NCBI GenBank assembly: GCA_963732385.1
Contig: CAVSZB010000007.1
Coordinates: 672,001 to 736,000 of the forward strand
DNA length: 64,000 nucleotides
Origin: an uncultured bacterium
GTDB taxonomy: Bacteria > Krumholzibacteriota > Krumholzibacteriia > LZORAL124-64-63
Direction: 5' to 3'
This document shows positions 1 through 12,271 of the stretch, one piece after another. Numbering within the stretch: the stretch's first letter is position 1; the number at the start of each line of letters is the position of its first letter. The notes under the pieces were generated by a model. It was not told the DNA's origin. It was given only the letters and a program-made list of their open reading frames with translations, and did not search any database. Made by a program: the position numbers and the translations under genes.

Positions 1-541
1 CCGCCTGCTGTTCGGTGAAGCTGTCTCCCGCCGCGGAGTCCTCGTTGTGGAGGACGCCCGGCAGGCGCCGCACGATGGCGTCGATGACCACCAGTGCCGG
101 AAGTTCGCCGCCCGACAACACGTAATCGCCGATCGACACCTCGCGGGTCGCCACCAGCTCCCGCACCCGCTCGTCCACACCCTTGTAGTGCCCGCAGACC
201 AGCAGCAGTTCGCCCGCCGTCTGCGCCGCCTCCACCAGTTCCATCACCAGCCGCTCACTCAACGGCTCGCCCTGCGGCGAGGTGAGAACCACCGGCGTGG
301 CCGCCGACTGCCGGTTTCCCTCCACCGCTTCCACGATCGGCGGCGCCATCATGATCATCCCGGGTCCGCCGCCGTAGGGCGTGTCGTCGACCGTCCCATG
401 CCGGTCCACCGCGAAGTCCCGGATGTCCACTACCGAATAGGCCACCTGCCCCTGCTGCTCGGCCCGCCCCGGAATGCTGGTGCCGAGAACCGTCCGGACC
501 ATGTCCGGGAACAGCGTCAGCACCGTGATCTTAAGGGCCAT
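1..541 (-). CDS. trmD: tRNA (guanine-N1)-methyltransferase, 3' end runs off the window
   Basis: Manual translation from ATG at 541: [14 protein letters not shown]...[26 protein letters not shown]. Directly follows rimM. Not in the ORF track because it is truncated. Confidence 0.95.
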   Translation of the reverse strand, partial: MALKITVLTLFPDMVRTVLGTSIPGRAEQQGQVAYSVVDIRDFAVDRHGTVDDTPYGGGPGMIMMAPPIVEAVEGNRQSAATPVVLTSPQGEPLSERLVMELVEAAQTAGELLLVCGHYKGVDERVRELVATREVSIGDYVLSGGELPALVVIDAIVRRLPGVLHNEDSAAGDSFTEQQA

Positions 542-1088
542 CGAACAACGCCGTCCCCTCGATCAGGCCGGGCGGGGGATCGATCACGAGCGGTCCGGTC
601 AGGCCGTCCCCCGGCTGCAGGATCGGCGCCACCGCCGGAACCAGCACCTCGCTGCCGTCCGGCCGCGCGATCACGAGCAGAACCTGGGAAGTGTAGCGTC
701 TCACCTCGCTCACGCGACCCACCGTACCGCCGGTCACCAGATCCACCGTCCGGCCCAGGAACCGGAACGGCAGCCCGCCCCGCGGGCGGGGGAAGTCCGG
801 CTCGAGATAGTGCTCGCGGTCGAAACCGATGACCCGCCCTACGAGCGCCTCCGCCCCCTCGCGCGTCACGCACTCCTCGGTGCGCACCACGACGCAACTG
901 CGGTCGGGCCGGTACTGCAGCGGACGGAACGGCGCCCCGTCCCGCCAGCGCAAAAACCGCGTTTCCAGCAGCTCGTCGTGCCAGTCGACCAGCGGGTAGA
1001 GCTTGTACTCCCCCCGCAGACCGACCGCCTTCACCACCTCCGCCACCGGAATGAACGCGTCCGGCTCGTGGATCGCCTCGCCGGCCAT
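531..1088 (-). CDS. rimM: Ribosome maturation factor RimM
   Basis: [11 protein letters not shown]-terminal motif and C-terminal PRC-barrel-like EVLVPAV; rpsP-KH-rimM-trmD synteny. Confidence 0.9.
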   Translation of the reverse strand: MAGEAIHEPDAFIPVAEVVKAVGLRGEYKLYPLVDWHDELLETRFLRWRDGAPFRPLQYRPDRSCVVVRTEECVTREGAEALVGRVIGFDREHYLEPDFPRPRGGLPFRFLGRTVDLVTGGTVGRVSEVRRYTSQVLLVIARPDGSEVLVPAVAPILQPGDGLTGPLVIDPPPGLIEGTALFDGP

Positions 1089-1095
1089 CACCGGG

Positions 1096-1335
1096 CTACT
1101 CCGCGATCTCGAGGCCGACCCGCCGGTCCGCACGCGCCCCGGCGGCGAGCAGGATCGCACGGAGGGCGCGGGCCGTCTGGCCGCCCCTCCCGATGACCCT
1201 GCCACGATCGTCGGGATGCAGGCTGAGCCGGTACACCTCGACCCCCGGCTGGTCCAGCCGCTGGAGTTTTACCTCCTGCGGATGGTCCGCCAAATTCACC
1301 GCAAGCAGGGCGAGCAGCCCCTGGACGTCGGTCAT
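1096..1335 (-). CDS. khpA: KH-domain RNA-binding protein (KhpA/YlqC family)
   Basis: DDRGRVIGRGGQTARALR GxxG loop; lies between rpsP and rimM. Confidence 0.9.
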   Translation of the reverse strand: MTDVQGLLALLAVNLADHPQEVKLQRLDQPGVEVYRLSLHPDDRGRVIGRGGQTARALRAILLAAGARADRRVGLEIAE

Positions 1336-1865
1336 GCCGTACCGTCGCCTTCCGTCGGCGTCGCCTCGGCCGCAGCCTGCCCGGCCGCCTCGGCCTCCGC
1401 CGCGGTCTTCTCGGCCGCCTCAGCCTCGGCCGCCGCTGCCTCCGCCGCCTTGGCCGCCGCCGCCTCCGCCTTCACCCGGATTCCCTCCGCGACCAGCTCG
1501 GACTTCCGGCGGGCGGTGGAATCCGCGCGGCCCTGCGCCCGGACATCGGCGTTGGCGCGGAACTCAGCCACTTTGGCGCTGACGTCCTCGGCCGACATCC
1601 CCTGTTTCTCGAGCGCGAACCGGAGCATCAGCCCGTGCGCCTTGAGCAGCGAACGGACGGTCTCGGAAACGACCGCGCCGCGCCTCAGCCAGACCATGAT
1701 CTCCTCGTCGTGCAACTGCAGTTCGTACGGCTCGACGAAGGGATTGTAGAAGCCGAGGTTGGCGAGATAGGCGCCGTCGCGGCGCTTGCGACTGTCGACG
1801 GCAACGAGACGATAGAACGGACGCTTCTTCTTGCCCATACGGGCGAAACGGATCGCGGTCGCCAA
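1332..1865 (-). CDS. rpsP: 30S ribosomal protein S16 with long Ala/Glu-rich C-terminal extension
   Basis: IRFARMGKKKRPFYRLVAVDSRKRRDG; TTG start after GGAGG. Confidence 0.97.
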   Translation of the reverse strand: MATAIRFARMGKKKRPFYRLVAVDSRKRRDGAYLANLGFYNPFVEPYELQLHDEEIMVWLRRGAVVSETVRSLLKAHGLMLRFALEKQGMSAEDVSAKVAEFRANADVRAQGRADSTARRKSELVAEGIRVKAEAAAAKAAEAAAAEAEAAEKTAAEAEAAGQAAAEATPTEGDGTA

Positions 1866-1960
1866 GGGTCACCTCCGGTACGGGTATCGCCGACCGCCAC
1901 CATGGCGTCGGCGTGCGCCGGCCCGCGGGGGCCGGCCGGGAGTTCACGCGGGACGGTCGC

Positions 1961-3295
1961 CTACCGCCGATCGAGCACCCGGCGGCTGAACTCCTGCAGG
2001 CCGCCGGCCGCGTTGATCTCCTTCATCATGCGTCGCATGTCCCGGTACTGCTTCAGCAGCCGGTTGACCTGCGATACGTTCGTGCCGCTGCCCCGCGCGA
2101 TCCGCTTGCGACGCGATCCGTTGATCACGTCGGGATGACGCCGCTCCTGCCGCGTCATCGAATTCATGATCGCCTCCACGCGCGACAACTGCGATTCGTC
2201 GACGTTCGCCTTATCGAGGGCCGCGCCCCCGAGACCCGGCAGCATCTTCAGCACGCCCTGCAGCGGGCCCATGCGACGCATCTGCCGGATCTGCCGCTGG
2301 AAGTCCTCCAGGGTGAACTGGCCGTCGGTGAAGCGCTGCGCCAGATCTTCGGCCTCGTCCAGGTCCATGCTGCGCTCGGCCTTCTCGATCAGGGAGAGCA
2401 CGTCCCCCATGCCGAGAATGCGTCCGGCCATGCGGTCCGGGTGGAAGACCTCCAGGTCCTCCAGTTTCTCGCCCACGCCGACCAGCTTGACCGGCTTGCC
2501 GGTCACCTGCAGCACGGAGAGCGCCGCGCCGCCGCGCGCATCGCCGTCGAGCTTGGTCAGGACCACGCCGTCGAAACCGACGCGGCTGGCGAACTCCTGC
2601 GCGATCCGCACCGCCTCCTGACCGGTCATCGCGTCGAGCACGAGCAGCTTCTCGTGCATCGGCACGATGCGGTCGATCCCCACCAGCTCCTGCATCAGCG
2701 TGTCATCGATGTGCAGCCGGCCGGCGGTGTCGACGATCAGGACATCGCACCCCTTGTCGCGCGCGCGCCGCAGGCCGAGCTTCACGATCTGGGCCGCGTT
2801 GCGGCTCTCGCGATCGCTGTGCACCGGCACGCCGAGCGCCTCGCCCAGCGTGTGCAGCTGGTCGATCGCGGCGGGCCGGTAGATATCGGCGGCGACCAGC
2901 AGCGGCCGGCGCCCCTCCGCCGCGAGCAGCTTCGCCAGCTTCCCGCAGAATGTCGTCTTGCCGCTGCCCTGGAGTCCCATGACCATCAGCGTGGACACCG
3001 GACGCTCGCCGAGATTCAGTTCACGCGCCTGCCCGCCGAGCAGCGTCACCAGTTCGTCGTGCACGATCTTCACGACGTGCTGCGCCGGCGTCAGGCCGGC
3101 CGCGACCGGCTGACCCAGCGTCTGCTCGCGCACACGCCCCACGAAGTCGCGGGCGACCGCGAAGTCGACATCCGCTTCCAGGAGCGCCACCCGGACCTCG
3201 CGGAGCGCCTCCTTGACGGACTCCTCCGTCAGGCGGTCCTGCCCCGCCAGCTTGCGGAAGGCCTGGTCGAGCCGTTTTTGGAGCTCCTGGAACAC
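1961..3295 (-). CDS. ffh: Signal recognition particle protein Ffh
   Basis: GLQGSGKTT, DTAGRL, TKLDGDARGG, M-domain SRRKRIARGSG; GTG start with GGAGG. Confidence 0.97.
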   Translation of the reverse strand: MFQELQKRLDQAFRKLAGQDRLTEESVKEALREVRVALLEADVDFAVARDFVGRVREQTLGQPVAAGLTPAQHVVKIVHDELVTLLGGQARELNLGERPVSTLMVMGLQGSGKTTFCGKLAKLLAAEGRRPLLVAADIYRPAAIDQLHTLGEALGVPVHSDRESRNAAQIVKLGLRRARDKGCDVLIVDTAGRLHIDDTLMQELVGIDRIVPMHEKLLVLDAMTGQEAVRIAQEFASRVGFDGVVLTKLDGDARGGAALSVLQVTGKPVKLVGVGEKLEDLEVFHPDRMAGRILGMGDVLSLIEKAERSMDLDEAEDLAQRFTDGQFTLEDFQRQIRQMRRMGPLQGVLKMLPGLGGAALDKANVDESQLSRVEAIMNSMTRQERRHPDVINGSRRKRIARGSGTNVSQVNRLLKQYRDMRRMMKEINAAGGLQEFSRRVLDRR

Positions 3296-3392
3296 GCCAA
3301 CCTCCGCCCGCGCACCCACATCCGGTCCTGCGCGGACACAAAAGTACACGGCGGGCAGACCCGGTCCACCCCGCCCGGCAAAGCGACCTGAG

Positions 3393-3421
3393 AAGATAGC
3401 CGATCGGGCCGGGGAAGGCAA
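3393..3421 (-). promoter_or_regulatory. Putative sigma70 promoter for the ffh operon
   Basis: TTGCCT-N17-TATCTT. Confidence 0.55.
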
Positions 3422-3461
3422 GCCGCCGACCAGGCCCGGGGATCCCGTCGTCCGGGAGGGA

Positions 3462-4136
3462 TCAGCGGCCGCGCAGCGCCCGTACAGCCGCGGCGCGGTC
3501 AGCCGACCCGAGGAGCCAGGAGCCGGAGACCAGGATATCGACGCCGGCGGCCCGGCAGGCGGCCGCATTGGCCCCCTCCACCCCACCGTCGATGGAGATG
3601 GCGAACCGCAACCCCTCCCGACTCCGCGTCTCCGCAAGGGCGGCGACCTTTTCCAGGGCGGCCGGCTGGAACCGCTGCCCCCCGAAACCGGGCTGCACCG
3701 ACATGACCAGCACGAGGTCCACCTCGCCCAGCAACGGCGCCAGCGTGTCGGACGCGGTGGCGGGATTGAGCGACAGCCCCCGCCGCAGACCACGCGCGCC
3801 GATCGCCCGCAGCGCCTCACGCGGCGCCGCCGTTTCGATGTGCACCGTGAGCGCATCGGCGCCGGCGTCCGCGAACGGGGCGACGAACAGCAAAGGATCG
3901 GTCACCATGAGGTGGACATCGAGCGGCAACGCCGTCCGCCGCCGCAGCGCCGCCACCAGCGCGGGACCGCAGGTCAGATTCGGCACGAAGTGTCCGTCCA
4001 TCACGTCCAGGTGGAACAGATCGGCCCCCGCCGCCTCGAGGGAGAACATCTCCCCCGCCAGATCGGCGAAATCGGCCGCCAGCAGCGATGGGGAGACGGC
4101 CGCCCCGTCAGCGCGCGGACGCCACCAGTTCAACAT
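3462..4136 (-). CDS. rpe: Ribulose-phosphate 3-epimerase
   Basis: SPSLLAADF, HLDVMDGHFVPN, DVHLM, MSVQPGFGGQ, DGG. Confidence 0.96.
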   Translation of the reverse strand: MLNWWRPRADGAAVSPSLLAADFADLAGEMFSLEAAGADLFHLDVMDGHFVPNLTCGPALVAALRRRTALPLDVHLMVTDPLLFVAPFADAGADALTVHIETAAPREALRAIGARGLRRGLSLNPATASDTLAPLLGEVDLVLVMSVQPGFGGQRFQPAALEKVAALAETRSREGLRFAISIDGGVEGANAAACRAAGVDILVSGSWLLGSADRAAAVRALRGR

Positions 4137-4833
4137 TCGCCCCCTTGAGGATCCGGCTGCCCGGGACCGGCGTCTGCGCCAGCACGGTGCCGGGCTTGAT
4201 GCCGGGTCGACGCTGGAACGTCACCGTACCCGGCACACAGCCGGCCGCCTCGACCGCCGCCCGCGCCCGCGCCAGAGATGCTCCGCGCAGATCGGGCAGG
4301 CGCCAGGCGGGCGGCAGACCCGGCTCGGCCACCACCAGATCGACCGTCGCCTCCCGCCGCTGACTGCTGCCAGGCGGCGGGAACTGGAACACCACCGTCG
4401 GCGTGGCGACGTCGTCCCGGCGCAGCCGCACGAGGCGACCGGGACGGAACGACTCGCGCGCCAGAGTCATGTCGGCCTGTCGTCGCGACAGTCCGACCAG
4501 ATCGGGAATATTCCCGACCGCCGGACCCGCGCTCACCACCACCAGGACCCGACGGCCGCGACGGATGGTCGCGTTCGCCCGCGGCGTCTGCTCGACGATG
4601 CGACCGGCCGCGATCGTGGCGTGGGCCACCTGCCGGTCCTCCACGAGTTGCAGGCCGGCGCGCCCCGCTTCGCCGCGCGCGGTTGCCACGGTCTTGCCGT
4701 GCAGATCAGGGGTGGCCACCACCGCGTTGTGGTGGATCACCTTGGGCATGATGAGGAAATTGAAGATCGCCAGCCCGAGGGCGAAAAGCAGCACGAAAAA
4801 GCCGATCAGGACGAGAAAGCGGCCCAGCTTCAC
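4108..4833 (-). CDS. Membrane-anchored protein with three PASTA domains and no kinase domain
   Basis: One N-terminal TM helix, then three PDL-x-G...QxP repeats (TPDLHG, IPDLVG, LPDLRG). Confidence 0.85.
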   Translation of the reverse strand: MKLGRFLVLIGFFVLLFALGLAIFNFLIMPKVIHHNAVVATPDLHGKTVATARGEAGRAGLQLVEDRQVAHATIAAGRIVEQTPRANATIRRGRRVLVVVSAGPAVGNIPDLVGLSRRQADMTLARESFRPGRLVRLRRDDVATPTVVFQFPPPGSSQRREATVDLVVAEPGLPPAWRLPDLRGASLARARAAVEAAGCVPGTVTFQRRPGIKPGTVLAQTPVPGSRILKGANVELVASAR

Positions 4834-6191
4834 GACGTTGCCTCCCGTCGGCGCAGGCGCGCCGCGAAGAAACCGTCGGTTCCGGTCTCCTGCGGCAACC
4901 ACCGTCGCTGCCAGTTCCCCGCCGCGTCAGGGTCCGGCAAGAGGCCGGCGCCCGCTCCGGGCGTCACCAGCGCATCAACCACCTCTTCGTTCTCCTCCGG
5001 CTCGAGCGAGCAGGTCGCGTACAGCAACCGCCCCCCCGGCGCGAGCAGCGCGGCGGCCGCGCGAGCCAGCGACGCCAGACGCGCGCCGTTTTCCGCGAGC
5101 TGACGCGCCTTTACCCGCCACCGCCCTTCGGGATGGTGGCGCAGGACACCGGTGCCGCTGCAGGGGCCGTCCAGCAGCACCGTATCGAACACGCCGGCAC
5201 GGAACGGCGGCGACTCCCCATCAGCCAATATCATGGCCGGCGGCGGACCCTCAAGCCTTTTCGCCGTCTCGACCAGCAGCGCCAGACGCGCGGCGCCTCG
5301 ATCCATGGCCACGATCGCCGCGGGATCGGGCCAGATGGCGCGCAGATGGAACGTCTTGCCGCCGGGCGCCGCACAAAGATCGAGCAGCCGCCCGCCCGCC
5401 CCCGCCGCAAGCCAGGCCGTGGCCGCCTGCGCCCCCTCGTCCTGCACGATGAGTCCCGGCTCCGCCGCCAGCAGCCGCCGCAGTCCGGCGCGGTCCGGCC
5501 CGGCATCCAGTTGCAGTGCGCGCGGGACGAGCCGGCCCGCAGCTGCGGGATATCCGGCGGCCGCCAGCCGCGTCAGCACCGCCTCCGGCGTGTGCGGAGG
5601 CAGCACGTGAAGAGTCAGTGGAGCCGGCCGGTTGTTGTGGGCGCACAGCGTCTCGGTCGCGGCAAAGCCGAAGCGCGCCAGCCAACGCGCGACCAGCCAG
5701 CGCGGGTGGGACTGCCAGGCAACGAGGTAGGCCGCCGGATCGCGCCCGGGATCGGGAAACAGGGGACGCAGCGCCGCGAGCGCGGTCTGACCGGTCGCGC
5801 CGCCGGTCGCCCGCAACACCGACTGCAAAAGCGCGTTGACGTACGGCGCCTGGCGGAGCGAGACCCGCGCGCGACAGAGCGCTACCGCCTCGTGCACCGC
5901 GGCGTAGGCCGGCACCCCTTCGCAGGCAAGCAACTGATGGAGGGAAAGGCGCAGCAACTGCTGCAGCGCCGCCGGCCGACGCGCGCCGCGGCGCTGCGAG
6001 AAGCGGTCGATCACCCAGTCGTAGCGACCGCGCCACCGCACCGCGCCCTTGACCAGCTCAGCCAGCAGGCCACGGCCACGCGGATCAGCGAGGCGAGCGA
6101 ACGCGGCGTCGAGCGCCGGATCGAGCGGCTCCCCCTCCCCCGCGCGCAACAGCGCCTCGAGGGCGAGTCGGCGCACGGAATCGGCACTCAT
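4830..6191 (-). CDS. rsmB: 16S rRNA m5C967 methyltransferase RsmB/Sun
   Basis: NusB-like N-terminus; DLCAAPGGKT, DGPCSGTG, YATCSL; ATGA overlap with fmt stop. Confidence 0.9.
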   Translation of the reverse strand: MSADSVRRLALEALLRAGEGEPLDPALDAAFARLADPRGRGLLAELVKGAVRWRGRYDWVIDRFSQRRGARRPAALQQLLRLSLHQLLACEGVPAYAAVHEAVALCRARVSLRQAPYVNALLQSVLRATGGATGQTALAALRPLFPDPGRDPAAYLVAWQSHPRWLVARWLARFGFAATETLCAHNNRPAPLTLHVLPPHTPEAVLTRLAAAGYPAAAGRLVPRALQLDAGPDRAGLRRLLAAEPGLIVQDEGAQAATAWLAAGAGGRLLDLCAAPGGKTFHLRAIWPDPAAIVAMDRGAARLALLVETAKRLEGPPPAMILADGESPPFRAGVFDTVLLDGPCSGTGVLRHHPEGRWRVKARQLAENGARLASLARAAAALLAPGGRLLYATCSLEPEENEEVVDALVTPGAGAGLLPDPDAAGNWQRRWLPQETGTDGFFAARLRRREATS

Positions 6192-7123
6192 GAGTTGAGG
6201 ATTTCGCCCGGACGGACGGTATGTCCGCGCAGGAACTCGGCCACCTCGAGTGGGCGGCGGCCCGGCGCCTGCACCATCGTAACCAGCAGTTCGCCCTCCC
6301 CGCAGGCGACCCGGATCCCCTCCGGATCGACGGCGAGCACTGTGCCGGGAGGCTGGCCGACGGTGCGCAACGAATGCAGCCTGGCGGCCGTGATCTTGAG
6401 CAGCTGATCCCCCAGGAAGGTCGTGGCCCCGGGCCACGGCTGCAGGCCGCGCACCTGGTTCGCCACCACCGTGACCGGACGGTCCCAGCGCAGCGGCGAC
6501 AACGAGCGCGTCAGCTTCGGCGCGTAGACCGCCCCCTCGTCCCCCTGTGGCTCCCCCGGGACCGGCCCCGCGGCACAGGCGCGCAGGGTGCGCACGATCA
6601 GGTCGGCGCCCAGACCCGCGAGCCGCTCCGTCAGCTCGCCGGCGGTCTCCTCGGGCGAAATGGCCACCGCTTCCTGACTCAGGATCGGACCGGTGTCGAC
6701 CCCGTGGTCGAGACGCATGATGGTGACGCCGGTCAAGGCGTCGCCATGCAGGATCGCGTGGTGGACGGGGGACACGCCGCGCCAGCGCGGCAACAGGGAG
6801 GCATGCACGTTCAGACAGCCCAGCGGCGGCCCCGACAACAGCGGTTCGCGCAGGATGTGGCCGAACGCCACCACCACCACGGCGTCGGGCAGTTCGCCGA
6901 GCACGGCCCGCGCCACCCGCTCGCGATCGCCGGCGCCGAACTCGATCAGCGGCAGCTGCTGCGCCAGGGCGATCCGCTTGACGTCGGTCGCCTCGAGCCG
7001 CTGCCCCCGACCACTGCGCCGGTCCGGCTGCGTCACGACCAGGCGCACATCGAAACGCGCCTCGATCAACGCCTCGAGCGACGGCACCGCGAACGCGGGC
7101 GAGCCCATGAAGACGATCCGCAA
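6188..7123 (-). CDS. fmt: Methionyl-tRNA formyltransferase
   Basis: RIVFMGSPAFA, VTQPDR, NVHASLLPRWRG, DTGPIL; TTG start after AAGGAG. Confidence 0.95.
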   Translation of the reverse strand: MRIVFMGSPAFAVPSLEALIEARFDVRLVVTQPDRRSGRGQRLEATDVKRIALAQQLPLIEFGAGDRERVARAVLGELPDAVVVVAFGHILREPLLSGPPLGCLNVHASLLPRWRGVSPVHHAILHGDALTGVTIMRLDHGVDTGPILSQEAVAISPEETAGELTERLAGLGADLIVRTLRACAAGPVPGEPQGDEGAVYAPKLTRSLSPLRWDRPVTVVANQVRGLQPWPGATTFLGDQLLKITAARLHSLRTVGQPPGTVLAVDPEGIRVACGEGELLVTMVQAPGRRPLEVAEFLRGHTVRPGEILNS

Positions 7124-7146
7124 ACGCGCTCCTTGCGCCGCCGGCG

Positions 7147-7686
7147 TCAGCGGGCGGCCAGACGCCGCAACCGCCACCAGAGCAGGCGGCGACGCCAGGC
7201 CGAAAGATGGTCGATGAAAACGACTCCGTCCAGGTGGTCGACCTCATGCTGCACGATGCAGGCGAGAAGCCCCTCGGCCGCGAGCCGCTGCGGCCGACCC
7301 TCCACATCCTCGTAACCGACCACGATCGCGCGCGGGCGCGCAAGGCGCAGGTAAAGACCGGGGAACGACAGGCAGCCCTCCTCCCGGGACTGCCACCCGG
7401 GATCGCGCCGCTCGATGAACGGATTGACGATCACCAGCCGCTCCGGACGGCCGCCGCGGCGCGGGTCGCGGATGATGATGACGCGCCGTCCGTCCCCCAC
7501 CTGCGGCGCGGCGAGGCCCACGCCGTTGCGATCCAGCATGAGCCGCCACATGCCGGCCACCAGCGCCGGGAGCCCCGGATCGCCCGGCGCCACCGGCCGG
7601 CAGGGCCGCCGCAGCGCCTGATCCCCCCAGCGGACCAGGCGCGGGGCGGCAGGCGCCCCCGGCGTCGCCGACGCCGCGTTCGTCAC
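7147..7686 (-). CDS. def: Peptide deformylase
   Basis: GVGLAAPQVG, EGCLS, QHEVDHLDG. Confidence 0.96.
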   Translation of the reverse strand: MTNAASATPGAPAAPRLVRWGDQALRRPCRPVAPGDPGLPALVAGMWRLMLDRNGVGLAAPQVGDGRRVIIIRDPRRGGRPERLVIVNPFIERRDPGWQSREEGCLSFPGLYLRLARPRAIVVGYEDVEGRPQRLAAEGLLACIVQHEVDHLDGVVFIDHLSAWRRRLLWWRLRRLAAR

Positions 7687-7693
7687 GACGCGC

Positions 7694-8020
7694 TCAGCCC
7701 TTCTCCACGACGCTGGCCACGTACCCCTTGGCGATCTCGACCTTCACGTCCTCGCCGATCGTACCGACGATCCGATCGTCCTTCACGTTCAACACCGTGA
7801 CGAAGAACCCTCCCGTGGTCAGGATGCGGTCCCCCTTCTTCAGTTGCTCGATCATCAGCTGGTGCTTCTTCTGTCGCTGCTGCTGCGGACGGATCAGCAG
7901 GAAGTAGAAGATGATCATGATGAGCGCGAACGGGACGAGCTGCAGCAGGATGGCGGCGCCGCCCTTCGGCCCGCTCCCCTGCGGGGCGGGACTCATGGCC
8001 AGGAAGGAGGTCCAGATCAT
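7694..8020 (-). CDS. yajC: Preprotein translocase subunit YajC
   Basis: FYFLLIRPQQQRQK...LKKGDRILTTGG; follows tgt. Confidence 0.95.
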   Translation of the reverse strand: MIWTSFLAMSPAPQGSGPKGGAAILLQLVPFALIMIIFYFLLIRPQQQRQKKHQLMIEQLKKGDRILTTGGFFVTVLNVKDDRIVGTIGEDVKVEIAKGYVASVVEKG

Positions 8021-8135
8021 CGACAATCTCCTCGGTTTGGGAACAGGACTCCAAATACCCGTTCAGGATGCCATTCCAAACGCTTCGCGGCAACCCCGAC
8101 CATGCGGACCGGAGCGGCGCGGCGCGCACCGCGCC

Positions 8136-10597
<2,462 letters not shown>

Positions 10598-10598
10598 C

Positions 10599-11642
10599 CT
10601 AGAGCAGTTCCCCCTGCCCCTGGCCCGGCCCGCCCGGCTTTGCCGACAGGCCGAGGTGCTCGCGCGCGCGGGCTGTCGCCTCGCGTCCGCGCGGCGTGCG
10701 CATGAGCAGTCCGCACTGGATGAGGAACGGCTCGACAACATCCTCGAGCGTGTCGACCTCCTCGCCGAGCGACACCGCCAGATTCTGCAGGCCCACCGGT
10801 CCGCCGCCGAAGTGCTCGATGACGAGCTCCAGGTAGCGACGATCGAGCGGCTCGAGTCCCAGCCCGTCCACCCCCAGCCGCGTCAGGCCGTGATCCGCGG
10901 CCCGTCGGTCGATCACGCCCCACCCCTCCACCTGCGCATAGTCGCGCACCCGGCGCAGCAGGCGATTGGCGGCGCGCGGCGTCCCGCGAGCACGGCGGGC
11001 GATTTCGTCGGCGCCATCCTCTGCGAGGGAGATGCCGAGCAGGGCGGCCGAGCGCCCCACGATGAGGGCCAGCTCCTCCGGCGGGTAGAAATCGAGATGA
11101 CAGACGATACCGAAGCGGCTGCGCAGCGCCGGCGTGATCATGCCGGCGCGCGTGGTGGCGCCGAGCAGCGTGAACGGCTGGATCTGCAGTTGGAAATGGC
11201 GCGCGTTGGGCCCCTTGTCCACCACCAGTTCGACCCGCCAGTCCTCCATCGCCGGGTAGAGATGCTCCTCCACGACGCGTCCGAGCCGGTGGATCTCGTC
11301 AATGAAGACCGCGCGCGGACCCTCCTGCTGGGTGAGCAGGGCGATCAGTTCCGCGCCGTTCTGGAACGCCGGTCCGCTCGTGTGGTGGACGTCCAGCTCC
11401 ATCTCGTTGGCGATGATGCCGGCGAGTGTGGTCTTGCCCAGGCCGGGCGGACCGTAGAGCAGGACATGGTCGAGAACCTCGCCCCGCCCGCGCGCGGCGG
11501 CTATGAACACCCGGAGGTTAGCCTTGACCTCATCCTGACCGACAAAATCCGCCAGCCGGCGCGGCCGCAGGCTCGCGTCGGCCTCGGCATCGCCCGGCAG
11601 GGACGAGGGATCGGTCCAGCGTGGAGTGGAGGGTTCGCTCAC
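10599..11642 (-). CDS. ruvB: Holliday junction branch migration helicase RuvB
   Basis: LRPRRL, GPPGLGKTT, DEIHRL, GATTRAG, RGTPR. Confidence 0.97.
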   Translation of the reverse strand: MSEPSTPRWTDPSSLPGDAEADASLRPRRLADFVGQDEVKANLRVFIAAARGRGEVLDHVLLYGPPGLGKTTLAGIIANEMELDVHHTSGPAFQNGAELIALLTQQEGPRAVFIDEIHRLGRVVEEHLYPAMEDWRVELVVDKGPNARHFQLQIQPFTLLGATTRAGMITPALRSRFGIVCHLDFYPPEELALIVGRSAALLGISLAEDGADEIARRARGTPRAANRLLRRVRDYAQVEGWGVIDRRAADHGLTRLGVDGLGLEPLDRRYLELVIEHFGGGPVGLQNLAVSLGEEVDTLEDVVEPFLIQCGLLMRTPRGREATARAREHLGLSAKPGGPGQGQGELL

Positions 11643-11659
11643 ACGGCTCCTTCGCGCGG

Positions 11660-12271
11660 TCAGAGGGCGCGCAGCGCCCGACGCACCCAGTTCTCCACGT
11701 CGACGACGGCCCCCGCGTCCCGTTCACGCGCAGCGCGCAGCGCCTGTTCGGCGCGCGCCGGCGGCAGGCCCATCGCCTCGAGCACCGCCATCGCCTCGCG
11801 CAGCGGATCGGCGCCGCCCGACGACCCGTCGCGGCCGCTCCCCGACAGCGCCATCGCGCCCAGTTCCTGCGCGGCGCGCTCCCCCAGCTCCACCACGAGT
11901 CGCGCGGCGGTCTTGCGCCCGATGCCCGGCAGCCGGGTCAGGCCCTGCTCGTCGCCACTGCGCAGGTAGAGCACGATTTCCGCGGCCGACGCGCCCGAAA
12001 GCGCGCTCAGCGCCAGTTTCGGACCGACCCCGTTGACGCCGATCAGGAGGCGAAACAGCGCCAGTTCCTCGCGCCCGGGGAAACCGTAGAGGGTCCAGCC
12101 ATCCTCCCGCGTAACCAGATGGGTCCAGAAGCGGACCCGCGCCCCGGCCGCCGGCAGCTCCGCGGACGCGCGCGTGGTCAGCTGCAGGGCGAGCCCCACG
12201 CCACCGTCGCCCACGGCCACCACCGCGGGCGGACCGGCCTCGACGAGCGTCCCCTCCACGAAAGCGATCAT
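11660..12271 (-). CDS. ruvA: Holliday junction binding protein RuvA
   Basis: MIAFVEG, LYGF, VNGVGPKLAL, PGIGRKTAARL HhH motifs. Confidence 0.95.
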   Translation of the reverse strand: MIAFVEGTLVEAGPPAVVAVGDGGVGLALQLTTRASAELPAAGARVRFWTHLVTREDGWTLYGFPGREELALFRLLIGVNGVGPKLALSALSGASAAEIVLYLRSGDEQGLTRLPGIGRKTAARLVVELGERAAQELGAMALSGSGRDGSSGGADPLREAMAVLEAMGLPPARAEQALRAARERDAGAVVDVENWVRRALRAL

